A stretch of 64,000 nt of DNA, taken from the IMG/VR virus record IMGVR_UViG_3300031867_000044, positions 3,226 to 67,225 of that record, one strand, 5' to 3'. Origin of the DNA: a virus. Lineage: Duplodnaviria > Caudoviricetes. The notes under the pieces are model-generated. The model worked only from the letters and a program-made list of their open reading frames with translations, was not told the DNA's origin and made no database searches. Both the position numbers and the translations under genes were made by a program. Positions 1 through 7,699 of this stretch are shown here, in pieces. Positions within the stretch are counted from its first letter, which is position 1. The number at the start of each line of letters is the position of its first letter.

Positions 1-558
1 CATGGCCTCTTGGTTGTCGCGCCACGGCCCTGACGAGAATGACTTGGAGTAGCGTCTGCCGTGTGCCAGGCATTCCTCCTTAGTCATGTAGTAGTATTTC
101 TCGAATCCTCCTGCTAGACGGAAGTAGGCCATATAGCCAATCACCTCGTCGGACTCGCGCTTGGAAGCGTCGAACTCGTATTCATCACGGAAGGGGTCGT
201 ACTTGACGAGCTCTCCCTTGTGAACTACGGCATTGGTGATGCGCTCGTACTGGCCGCTGCGAATGGCGAGCTGTACAAGGCCGCGCGTCATTATCTGGAA
301 CTGCGAAACACGCCCGTATGGTACGATGGCGGCAAAGCCTAGGTTAGGATTTATCGGTAGCGAAAGCGATGCCGCTACCATTGCCGATGAATAGATGGAT
401 GCCGGCTCGGAGTTTTGCAGCAGGCGGTTGTTGTTGACTACCGACAGGACACTTGTGGCAAAGCCTTGTGCATTTTTTCCGAGCATGGCCTGCAGGTTGC
501 GCTTGGCAGTCTCATTATTGAAATAGCCTTGCAGCTTGACGATGTTTGTATTTGCCAT
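1..558 (-). CDS. recT: RecT-family ssDNA annealing recombinase (runs off the left edge)
   Basis: Manual translation from ATG at 558: MANTNIVKLQGYFNNETAKRNLQAMLGKNAQGFATSVLSVVNNN...SLSLPINPNLGFAAIVPYG...QFQIMTRGLVQLAIRSGQY...GPWRDNQEAM. These are typical RecT motifs. Not in the ORF track. Confidence 0.85.
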   Translation of the reverse strand, partial: MANTNIVKLQGYFNNETAKRNLQAMLGKNAQGFATSVLSVVNNNRLLQNSEPASIYSSAMVAASLSLPINPNLGFAAIVPYGRVSQFQIMTRGLVQLAIRSGQYERITNAVVHKGELVKYDPFRDEYEFDASKRESDEVIGYMAYFRLAGGFEKYYYMTKEECLAHGRRYSKSFSSGPWRDNQEAM

Positions 559-573
559 ATTCTTAATTGGTTG

Positions 574-762
574 CTAGATTTTGAAAAACATTTTGTTTAC
601 CTCTTCCCAGCTGGAGAAGGCAGGGTCGAGATAGGGCTCTCCAGAGGGTGCGTCTTCATCGAGAAACTGCGACTCGTAGTCGTTGAGCTCGTCGTAGTAT
701 TCCTTGTAGCGACGCTCGTAGTCTTCGTCGTGGAGAGGATAGTTGTTGGTGTCTTTGTTCAT
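574..762 (-). CDS. small acidic hypothetical protein
   Basis: 62 aa with 17 D/E; 4-nt overlap with the upstream gene in the operon. Confidence 0.7.
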   Translation of the reverse strand: MNKDTNNYPLHDEDYERRYKEYYDELNDYESQFLDEDAPSGEPYLDPAFSSWEEVNKMFFKI

Positions 763-1166
763 AATACCTCGATGAATGATGTCTTTTCAATTCGTTCGCA
801 CTCCATATCATCGAGACCTTGCGCCATATACTCGGATGTGATGCGGTTGGCCTCGGTGACGCTTTTTGCGTAGAGCGCGACCTTGTACTTTGTCTTTGTC
901 TCGCTGCCATCGTCCTTGACGAAGATGTCAGCGATGGTGGCAATGTAGATGGCCTCGTCGGGTAGTCCTGACGGGCTGTTGGCGAACTCACGGATGGGGC
1001 TGCGCTTGATGGCTGTGACATCGCACTCATTGTTGAACTGTTCGAGCATGCGCGCTTCTGCCTCGGCAAAGAGCTCGCACTTGTCGCAGATGTATTTCTC
1101 TGCTACTTCCTTGTCGTTACCGCGCTTGTCGGTGATAACGCGCTTGATGGTTGTTTCGTAATACAT
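759..1166 (-). CDS. DUF4494-like protein
   Basis: N-terminus YYETTIKR...EKYICD...FAEAEAR and C-terminus ...RIEKTSFIEVL resemble Bacteroidetes DUF4494. Confidence 0.65.
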   Translation of the reverse strand: MYYETTIKRVITDKRGNDKEVAEKYICDKCELFAEAEARMLEQFNNECDVTAIKRSPIREFANSPSGLPDEAIYIATIADIFVKDDGSETKTKYKVALYAKSVTEANRITSEYMAQGLDDMECERIEKTSFIEVL

Positions 1167-1190
1167 TTTGTTATGGATTTTGATAATTGT

Positions 1191-1310
1191 TTATCTTTTC
1201 TTTTTACACCAATTAGACAGGCTTGTGAGATAGCCTGCCTCCCATGCTTCTTCTATTGTCGCATCAGGGTGGCCGTCGAGCCATTGCTGACATTGTTCGT
1301 GGTAGCTCAT
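1191..1310 (-). CDS. 39-aa hypothetical protein (MSYHEQCQQWLDGHPDATIEEAWEAGY...)
   Basis: Manual translation; ATGA overlap with the upstream gene; below the ORF-track cutoff. Confidence 0.65.
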   Translation of the reverse strand: MSYHEQCQQWLDGHPDATIEEAWEAGYLTSLSNWCKKKR

Positions 1311-1675
1311 TCTCGGTTGAACTTTAGGGTGTCACCGTCAACGATTACTGAGTCGTAAGCCTGCATGAGACGGTCGAGAGAGTAGGACAGCGAGTCGGCT
1401 GTATGCTGGGCCGTGACAGTAGACGTGCGCCCGTTGACGAACGTGTAGAGCCATCCTGCCGACATGAGAGCGAACACCAGGGCGATGATCACAGCCGCAA
1501 TGGTTTCCCTACGGCAGAAAGCCTCTATCTGCTTGCCGCAGTAGATGAAGACGCTGGCAATTCCGAAGATGACGCATGTGACGATGCGGCAGATGCCCCA
1601 TGCGGCTTTCTGAATACCGCTGACGAGGCATACCTTCCATTGGTGGAAGGATGAGAAAAATGGGTTTTTGAACAT
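1307..1675 (-). CDS. hypothetical membrane protein
   Basis: 122 aa with two hydrophobic segments; in the operon. Confidence 0.7.
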   Translation of the reverse strand: MFKNPFFSSFHQWKVCLVSGIQKAAWGICRIVTCVIFGIASVFIYCGKQIEAFCRRETIAAVIIALVFALMSAGWLYTFVNGRTSTVTAQHTADSLSYSLDRLMQAYDSVIVDGDTLKFNRE

Positions 1676-1817
1676 ATCTTTATTTTTTAAAGGTTTTCAA
1701 TAAAGGAGGAGCGCGGCTTGTCGCAAGTGACGCTCCCGTAACAATGAGATTCTTCTTCTTATGCTCTTTCACACACTAGAACATGAAATCTGGTATTGCA
1801 TAAGCCTTCACTAAGGC

Positions 1818-1926
1818 TGCGCCTGTGGAGGGTAACGCTCCCTCGCTCACGCAAGTTTTACTTGCCCGTTGCTCTGTTTACGGGTCTTTCGCCGGCGGAT
1901 ACCGTGCGGCTTTCACAAGAGGCACG
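1818..1926 (-). ncRNA. structured tRNA-like RNA A
   Basis: Hairpins CCCGT-AAACAGAGCA-ACGGG, CAAG-TAAAA-CTTG and GAGGG-AGCGTTA-CCCTC; closing stem GTGCCT..TGTG/CACAGGCGC. Confidence 0.45.
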
Positions 1927-2039
1927 GGTAAACAAATTCAACTCAAGAAAATTATGAATTTTACTTTACCTAAAGACAGCACGGCCATCGCTGGAGACGC
2001 TGCCGAAACAAAATATAAAAATAACGTTCTATTATCGCG

Positions 2040-2114
2040 TGACGGAGGCAGGAGTCGAACCTGCGCTCATGGGACTATTACCTTCCTGTTGCACCGTTAC
2101 AGGTTTTCTCCGTC
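2040..2114 (-). ncRNA. tRNA-like RNA B (no canonical D or anticodon arm)
   Basis: Perfect 7-bp acceptor stem GACGGAG/CTCCGTC and T arm GCAGG-TTCGACT-CCTGC; non-canonical middle; no encoded CCA. Confidence 0.6.
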
Positions 2115-2295
2115 GGAAAACACACTCGGACCATCGCGGCTGGAGTGTGATGACTTATGGAAATAAAAATTTTAAAAGTGAAAACAAACGAATGCTAAAC
2201 CCTCACGGGCATAAACAATTCAAAATTAAAATCATCCAATAATGCAAAACAATTTAATGATGAATTTTCGAAATACAAAATAAAACATCTAAATC

Positions 2296-2422
2296 TGGGT
2301 GTGGCGGCAGGAGTCGGACCTGCGTCGTCTCGGCGAAATAACCAATATGCACTTTAACTAACTCTAAATTATGGCAAAAGAAGCCATGCCAAGAATGCTC
2401 TGCCGTCTGAGCTACACCACAC
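2296..2422 (-). ncRNA. tRNA-like RNA C with 55-nt anticodon-loop insertion
   Basis: Acceptor TGTGGTG/CGCCACA; U8A9; D arm GCTC-AGACGGCA-GAGC; stem TCTTGG/CCGAGA; T arm GCAGG-TCCGACT-CCTGC; C73 followed by CCA; G at -1. Confidence 0.7.
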
Positions 2423-2551
2423 TTTTTCGCATACGTTTTGATTTTAGTCGCACTGCCGTATGCTTCTATTATGTCGCTTTTCCGTTGTGTCAATAAGTCA
2501 AAGATCTCGTCGAAAGGTTGCACGGTCGCCACCCGTGTTCGTTGGGTATCC

Positions 2552-2857
2552 CTAATGGCGGTTCGGGGCTTTCTTCGTGCTTGTCAGCTTGTACCTTATG
2601 TAATTCTCAACCAATGTGCTTTCCGGGAACACCCAGTGTGCGCTTTTCGTGTTGCTCCTTACACCTCCAAGGCTGCTGGCAATCTCGCATACAGTCTTTC
2701 TTGTCAGTCCCAGCCTGTCTGCAGCTTGCGTTGACGTAAGCATGCGTTCCTGCTTGGGTAGCATCTTTGCCATTCGCTTAATAAAGCGATCGTCGTTGAC
2801 GAGCTTGTTGACGATGGCAGAAGACAGGCGCTGTATGTCATATTCTGAGAGTGGCAT
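2552..2857 (-). CDS. Xis/MerR-like HTH DNA-binding protein
   Basis: MLTSTQAADRLGLTRKTV...HWVF, an HTH_17-like pattern. Confidence 0.6.
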   Translation of the reverse strand: MPLSEYDIQRLSSAIVNKLVNDDRFIKRMAKMLPKQERMLTSTQAADRLGLTRKTVCEIASSLGGVRSNTKSAHWVFPESTLVENYIRYKLTSTKKAPNRH

Positions 2858-2912
2858 GATTTCATCTTAATACTTTCGGCAGATACTTGTCGCGCCATCT
2901 GGCACGAAGGTC

Positions 2913-3140
2913 TTACTTATTCAGGATTTTAACATCGTCAGCGCATAGCGCACGTATGAGCAGGATATTAGTGTCGTAGAACTTTTGCGTCTCGTAGTCC
3001 ACAACACCTTCGGGCATGCCAACTCGCTTTACCCGAGTGACCAAAGAGCATGCTGTATTCATAGCAAGAGCGTCTTTGCAGAGGAATGGTCTTACCGTTC
3101 CTGGTTTGATAGCCTTGATGTCGTCCGTACTTACGTTCAT
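2913..3140 (-). CDS. first early gene, hypothetical (occupies the Cro position)
   Basis: Divergent from the repressor, downstream of a leftward promoter. Confidence 0.6.
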   Translation of the reverse strand: MNVSTDDIKAIKPGTVRPFLCKDALAMNTACSLVTRVKRVGMPEGVVDYETQKFYDTNILLIRALCADDVKILNK

Positions 3141-3181
3141 ACTTTAATTAATTAATATAACTTAAATTTTCACCTTAAAGC

Positions 3182-3212
3182 ATTGCAGGTTGCGAACAAA
3201 TCACTATATTTG
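3182..3212 (+). promoter_or_regulatory. rightward promoter facing the early promoter
   Basis: TATATTTG at 3205-3212 with ATTG 19 nt upstream. Confidence 0.45.
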
Positions 3213-3280
3213 CAGTGTTCAGATGCGAAAGGTGCGATTTAGTTCGCTCCCTGCTATTGCTTTGTTTGTTTAACCGACTA

Positions 3281-3311
3281 CAAAAGTATAGTATTTCTCT
3301 GAAATTACAAA
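3281..3311 (-). promoter_or_regulatory. leftward early (lytic) promoter
   Basis: TACTTTTG (3288-3281) and TTTG (3311-3308), 19-nt spacer. Confidence 0.65.
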
Positions 3312-3343
3312 ACATTTATCCATTAAATGTGTTGTATTTAACA

Positions 3344-3370
3344 TTTGTTAGTATTTGGATACTAATTTTG
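3344..3370 (+). promoter_or_regulatory. repressor promoter (probably near-leaderless)
   Basis: TAATTTTG at 3363-3370 ends 6 nt before ATG 3377; a TTTG lies near 3344 but with a short spacer. Confidence 0.5.
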
Positions 3371-3376
3371 TATTGT

Positions 3377-4009
3377 ATGGAAGAAGATTTTAACAGTTTA
3401 TCAGGGAGGGTCGAATGGCTACAGAAGAAGAGCGGCATGACCAAAAGGGAGTTCGCGCTCGAAATGAATCTCGATCCGGCCAATTTTAGCAGGAAGGTCA
3501 AAGGCGTGCAGGTTTGGACTGAGAAAGATTTTCAGAAGTTTGCAGAGCGTGGAGTGAATGTTGAATGGCTTAAGACGGGCGATGGTGAACCATACGAACC
3601 TATAGAAGAGATAAATGCGGCCAAGAATGTTGAAACGAGGCCAAGGATGACTGTTTATGCGAATGCGGGACAGCTCACTGAAGAAATAGGCGCATATAAG
3701 GAGCGGATGCCAGTCGTGGCCCAATTCCCCAAATATGACTATACGATCGTCGTACATGGTGATTCGATGGAACCCATTTTGTTTAGCGGTGAAGAGGTCG
3801 CGTGCAGAGACGTGACAAAATCATCGTTTTTGCAATGGGGGCAGCCACATGTCCTCAACACTTCGCAAGGAGTGGTGCTTAAGCGAATATATCAGGGCGA
3901 TGGTACGATTATATGCCGGTCAGAGAATAAGTTGTACCCAGAGTTCGAGATACCGATGTGTGATATATATACCATTGGGCTTGTTGTGGGCAAATTACAT
4001 ATTTATTAA
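3377..4009 (+). CDS. CI/LexA-like repressor (XRE HTH plus S24 peptidase)
   Basis: HTH MTKREFALEMNLDPANFSR; S24 motifs VHGDSMEP and VVLKR; start reassigned to ATG 3377. Confidence 0.9.
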   Translation: MEEDFNSLSGRVEWLQKKSGMTKREFALEMNLDPANFSRKVKGVQVWTEKDFQKFAERGVNVEWLKTGDGEPYEPIEEINAAKNVETRPRMTVYANAGQLTEEIGAYKERMPVVAQFPKYDYTIVVHGDSMEPILFSGEEVACRDVTKSSFLQWGQPHVLNTSQGVVLKRIYQGDGTIICRSENKLYPEFEIPMCDIYTIGLVVGKLHIY

Positions 4010-4011
4010 TC

Positions 4012-4404
4012 ATGGAGAAGAATGTGAACAGGCCAGTCGACAGAATTAAGCAGTTGGCGCAATGGTATAAGGCGAAAGGTGTGATTTCAAGCATTAACAT
4101 GTTTGAAGAGGTATGTGGTTTCTCGAAAAACTACATTAAGAACCTGCATGAGACCAAAATTGGCAATCCAAGCGTAGATGTGATAGCCAAGATATATAAG
4201 ACATTTAGCGGTGTAAGCCTTCATTGGCTGGTACTTGGCGAAGGAGACATGTTTACAGTCAGCGAGCTGGAGGTTATTTCTGCAGGGAACCAGGCTGTGA
4301 AGGACTGCGTAAAGTCGAAGAAAGTGCGTAAGTTGCTTAATAATAAGGTGTTGAATGGCATGACGAGAGAGGAGAAGCTGGAACTGATAGAAAAGCTATT
4401 GTGA
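4012..4404 (+). CDS. XRE-family HTH regulator
   Basis: FEEVCGFSKNYI...SLHWLVLGEGDMF, a typical Bacteroidetes XRE. Confidence 0.8.
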   Translation: MEKNVNRPVDRIKQLAQWYKAKGVISSINMFEEVCGFSKNYIKNLHETKIGNPSVDVIAKIYKTFSGVSLHWLVLGEGDMFTVSELEVISAGNQAVKDCVKSKKVRKLLNNKVLNGMTREEKLELIEKLL

Positions 4405-4485
4405 TACTGATGTGTTACCAGCTATATTTATTTTATAGCTAAAGTATTGATATACAAAATATACGTCGATTCCCCTATCGACTAC

Positions 4486-4513
4486 AAAGGGGAGTTTAAT
4501 GCTCCCCTTTTTT
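4486..4513 (+). terminator. intrinsic terminator
   Basis: AAAGGGGAG-TTTAATG-CTCCCCTTT followed by a T run. Confidence 0.75.
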
Positions 4514-4598
4514 ATTGCTTTAAACTCAGTGAGTTACATTGTACGACATTGAAAATAAGGCAGATAGAAGGAATTGAAACCCTCGGAAAGCTCGTTAC

Positions 4599-4628
4599 AA
4601 AGTGGCGGAAAGTGGCAGAAAGTGGCGG
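4599..4628 (+). repeat. three tandem 10-bp repeats AAAGTGGC(G/A)G, arm-type integrase sites
   Basis: AAAGTGGCGG AAAGTGGCAG AAAGTGGCGG. Confidence 0.7.
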
Positions 4629-4644
4629 GTGTTGTAATACCAAA

Positions 4645-4676
4645 TGTGTTACCAAATTTAGGTTTGTGTTACCAAA
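4645..4676 (+). repeat. TGTGTTACCAAA direct repeats straddling the int promoter (TAGGTTTG 4659-4666)
   Basis: Two copies here; a third GTGTTACCA near 4431. Confidence 0.55.
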
Positions 4677-5870
4677 ATGAAAATTCCTACAATCAGGTTT
4701 ACCTTCGCACGGAAGGGGCTGCAGAAGAAAAACGGAAAGGGTACTATTGAAATGGTCATTACGTATGACAGGCAACGGAAATACATCTCAACGGGCATCA
4801 GCGTCTATCCAGGAAACTGGGATGACGCTAAAATGGTGGTTGGCAGCGGTGAGGATATGGAGCTCAACGATATTCTGTTAACCATGCGCAAAAAAGCGCT
4901 TAAAGAGATTTCAGAGATGGTGGAGAACGGAGAAATAGACCTCTCTACCCTATCGGAACGCCTGAAGGCCAAAAAGGTAGATATGACGTTTCTTGAATAT
5001 GTCTACGATAGGATGAGCAAGAAAAACGTAGTTGACTATACGCATAAGTCGTATGTGAGCTTCTACAATAAACTGTCGGAGTACGGGGAAATAGTCACTT
5101 TTTCGGATATTACGGATAAGGCCATCAGAGATTTCGACGAATGGCTACATGCCTACAAGTGGGTCGAAAAAGACAGATATGGCAATGATGTCACTAAAAG
5201 TTACTCACAAGCCACTATCGGCAGCTTCCACAAGAATATGAAAAACTTTATTGCTGACGCTGTGGTTGATGGCTATTTACATGAGAATGTGTATAAGGCA
5301 AAAAACATCAAAATAGACAAAGGAAAAAGCAGAATTGATAAATTCCTCACCCTTGACGAAATTAAGCGCCTAGAGGCCGCGAAAATGCCTACCAGGGGGC
5401 TTCAAGAGGCCAAAGACCTGTTTATGATGCAAGTATATACAGGTTTGGCCTATGTGGACTTGATGGGATTTGATTTTAAGCGTTTCAGTGAAGAAAGCGG
5501 CGAGATTGTCTATACTGGTATCCGCCATAAGACGGGTGTTGAGTTTGTTTTTGTCCTTCTGCCGGAGGCTCGTGCGATTTTGCAAAAATACCGCTGGCAG
5601 TTGCCAAAAATGCCAAATCAGAAATACAACATGCGTCTGAAAATGGTGGCCGACGCTGCAGGCATTGATAAGCCGATTACGAGCCATGACGGAAGGCGAT
5701 CGTGCGGATATATGCTCCTGAACGCTGGTGTGCCTATGGAGATAGTCAGTCGTGTTCTTGGCCATGAGAGCGTGAAAATGACTGAAAGCGCATACGCGAA
5801 AGTATTGAACCAAACTGTCGTGGCGGCTATCGCGAAAATGGGAAAAGCGACAAAAGGCGGCAAAAAGTGA
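4677..5870 (+). CDS. int: tyrosine integrase (arm-binding, SAM-like and catalytic domains)
   Basis: 397 aa; Bacteroidetes Arm domain (RKYISTGISV); RHKT, SHDGRRS, LGH, TESAY. Confidence 0.93.
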   Translation: MKIPTIRFTFARKGLQKKNGKGTIEMVITYDRQRKYISTGISVYPGNWDDAKMVVGSGEDMELNDILLTMRKKALKEISEMVENGEIDLSTLSERLKAKKVDMTFLEYVYDRMSKKNVVDYTHKSYVSFYNKLSEYGEIVTFSDITDKAIRDFDEWLHAYKWVEKDRYGNDVTKSYSQATIGSFHKNMKNFIADAVVDGYLHENVYKAKNIKIDKGKSRIDKFLTLDEIKRLEAAKMPTRGLQEAKDLFMMQVYTGLAYVDLMGFDFKRFSEESGEIVYTGIRHKTGVEFVFVLLPEARAILQKYRWQLPKMPNQKYNMRLKMVADAAGIDKPITSHDGRRSCGYMLLNAGVPMEIVSRVLGHESVKMTESAYAKVLNQTVVAAIAKMGKATKGGKK

Positions 5871-6155
5871 CAAAAAACGGCAAAAACACTTCCATTATAT
5901 CCATAGGCAGTCTTTACCCATACTAAAATGGGAATGACCTCGGCGGCATCTACTTTTTATAACCATCTACCTATAAGAAGGCGTTTTTGCCGCGAAAAAG
6001 CCCGCTTCGGCTCGCGCTTACCCTACGTTACTGTTCACCATTCCGACGGTTTACTTGTTTTGTATGGGTGCCTGTTGTTACTGCCGGAACAGAGCAGGAC
6101 TTACCGCCAAAATGGAATAGCCGAACGGACAAGAGCACTTTTATATACGCGGTGA

Positions 6156-6174
6156 TGGTGGCCGCGAGAGGAGT
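6156..6174 (-). other. candidate attP core (tRNA 3' end fragment)
   Basis: Minus strand ACT-CCTCT-CGCGGCC-A-CCA = end of T loop, T stem, acceptor strand, discriminator and CCA, with no 5' tRNA half; 290 bp downstream of int. Confidence 0.6.
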
Positions 6175-6265
6175 GCACGGATTCAACCTCGATAATATAA
6201 TTCGAGGCAAAAATAAGCATATATTTCCGACAAAAAAAATAAGTTAAAATATGTAAAAACACAAT

Positions 6266-6295
6266 CTGCCACTTTCCACCACTTTCCGCCACTTT
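6266..6295 (-). repeat. three tandem 10-bp arm-type repeats, inverted relative to 4599-4628
   Basis: Plus strand CTGCCACTTT CCACCACTTT CCGCCACTTT. Confidence 0.7.
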
Positions 6296-6346
6296 TTGCG
6301 GAAGGTGGAAGTTGTTTTTTATGATTTTTTAAATACAATAGATAGA

Positions 6347-6751
6347 TTATAATACCTCTTTGTGGTATATAGTAAGGTACTCTCCTATCTCGCGCAGAAT
6401 GGTCGCTGTGTCCATCGGCTCGGGCGGCAAATCGAAAATCGGTGTTATCTTAGCTGTAGAATTGAACCGGCCTTTTGCGAAAATGATAACAACGTTATTT
6501 ACTATGTCGGTTACGACATAGTAACCTGGTCGCTCGTTGCTTTCCTGTAGAATATAGTTGTCTGGGTTTATGGGTGCGGCAGTTCCCAAAATAGTGATTT
6601 GTAAATCCTTGATGGGCGTGTTTTTGACAAAATCTTGGAATTGCTCTGCAGCTTCCAATCTTGCGATCGCCTCTTCCTCGGTATCTCCTACCGATTTGGC
6701 TTCCACACGGTCGCCAGTTGCCAAAGTGATAATAATTTGGTATTTGTTCAT
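6347..6751 (-). CDS. hypothetical protein
   Basis: 134-aa ORF with an AT-rich start context. Confidence 0.75.
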   Translation of the reverse strand: MNKYQIIITLATGDRVEAKSVGDTEEEAIARLEAAEQFQDFVKNTPIKDLQITILGTAAPINPDNYILQESNERPGYYVVTDIVNNVVIIFAKGRFNSTAKITPIFDLPPEPMDTATILREIGEYLTIYHKEVL

Positions 6752-6847
6752 GCGATAATAGAATTTACCATAAAAACGAAAAACGGGCAGTTTTAGTATT
6801 TAAACTGCCCTAAAAATTGCAAAGATTAGTATAAACAAGTTTTGTAA

Positions 6848-7699
6848 CTAAAACGATTTAAAATAGTTCATTGCGCTCTCGGTAAGGCTCTCCATGCCAC
6901 AGCAGATATAACGCTCTGTCATCTTCACGTCGGAATGGCCTGCCAGCTTTGACACGAGAAGAATATCACGGCAGCGCAAATAAAGATTCGTGCAAAATGA
7001 TCTGCGGCTTGTGTGGCTGCTGACGGCATCACATTTTTTGCCAGTCCAGAACGCGCCATTGCGATAAAGCGATATAACATTGTCGATGTCGCTAAAATAG
7101 CATATACGGCGAATAGTATCGTTAAACGTGGTGTCGCTGACCTCGCGTTTATAGGCTCCAGGAAACGTGCGCCCTGTCGCGAAAAGGATTTCACGGGCGA
7201 TTGGTGATAATGGCAGCTCAGCCCTGATATGCGTCTTTTGCGATACGTACACTAGATTGCCTTCCGGGGTGATATTCGACTCGTTAAAACGGCTGTAGTC
7301 GCTATGCCTTGCACCTGTCAGGCATCCAAGAATGAACTGCTGCTGTACGGTGGCTTCGGTAAGCGTTTCCGGCTTATACTCGATTAGCCTTTTAATCTCC
7401 GACTCGGTTAAATAGGTGTGTTGCGACTCGTCGTCCTTCACCGTTAGGAATCTGCGCCAGTCCTTCGGCAAATCGGCCTCGTCGGTATATGGCTCGATGA
7501 CTGCTTTGAGTTTTGCGCAGTATTGCCGCGCTGATGACTTGGCCATATCACTGCACAGCCAGTTCGCAAAACGGCTCATATTAGGCTTTGTAAGGCTGTC
7601 CCACGTAAACGGTGCGCCTGTTGCCATAGTCCATTTCTCTGCGATTTTTCCGTTTTTCGGGTAACGCTCTAAAAGTGCATCTAATAATGTGCTGGTCAT
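6848..7699 (-). CDS. second tyrosine recombinase lacking an arm domain
   Basis: Catalytic set GARHSD, SQKT, SHTSRR, AGHS, TERY; 283 aa. Confidence 0.9.
   Translation of the reverse strand: MTSTLLDALLERYPKNGKIAEKWTMATGAPFTWDSLTKPNMSRFANWLCSDMAKSSARQYCAKLKAVIEPYTDEADLPKDWRRFLTVKDDESQHTYLTESEIKRLIEYKPETLTEATVQQQFILGCLTGARHSDYSRFNESNITPEGNLVYVSQKTHIRAELPLSPIAREILFATGRTFPGAYKREVSDTTFNDTIRRICYFSDIDNVISLYRNGAFWTGKKCDAVSSHTSRRSFCTNLYLRCRDILLVSKLAGHSDVKMTERYICCGMESLTESAMNYFKSF

Noticed and set aside
2334-2388. Group I or archaeal-type intron in RNA C
   Set aside because: 55 nt is far too short for a ribozyme, there is no bulge-helix-bulge, and removing it does not restore a canonical loop.
2040-2422. 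Calling RNAs B and C functional decoding tRNAs
   Set aside because: Neither has a 7-nt anticodon loop with U33; reported as tRNA-like ncRNA instead.
2515-2545. A fourth tRNA-like element (CACGG-GTGGCGA-CCGTG hairpin)
   Set aside because: It is an isolated T-arm-sized hairpin with no matching acceptor strand upstream.
3215-3376. N-terminal extension of CI from the GTG at 3215 (and similar upstream starts at 18126, 22015, 48026, 53304)
   Set aside because: The extensions cross promoter or repeat DNA; downstream ATGs have better initiation context and match domain starts.
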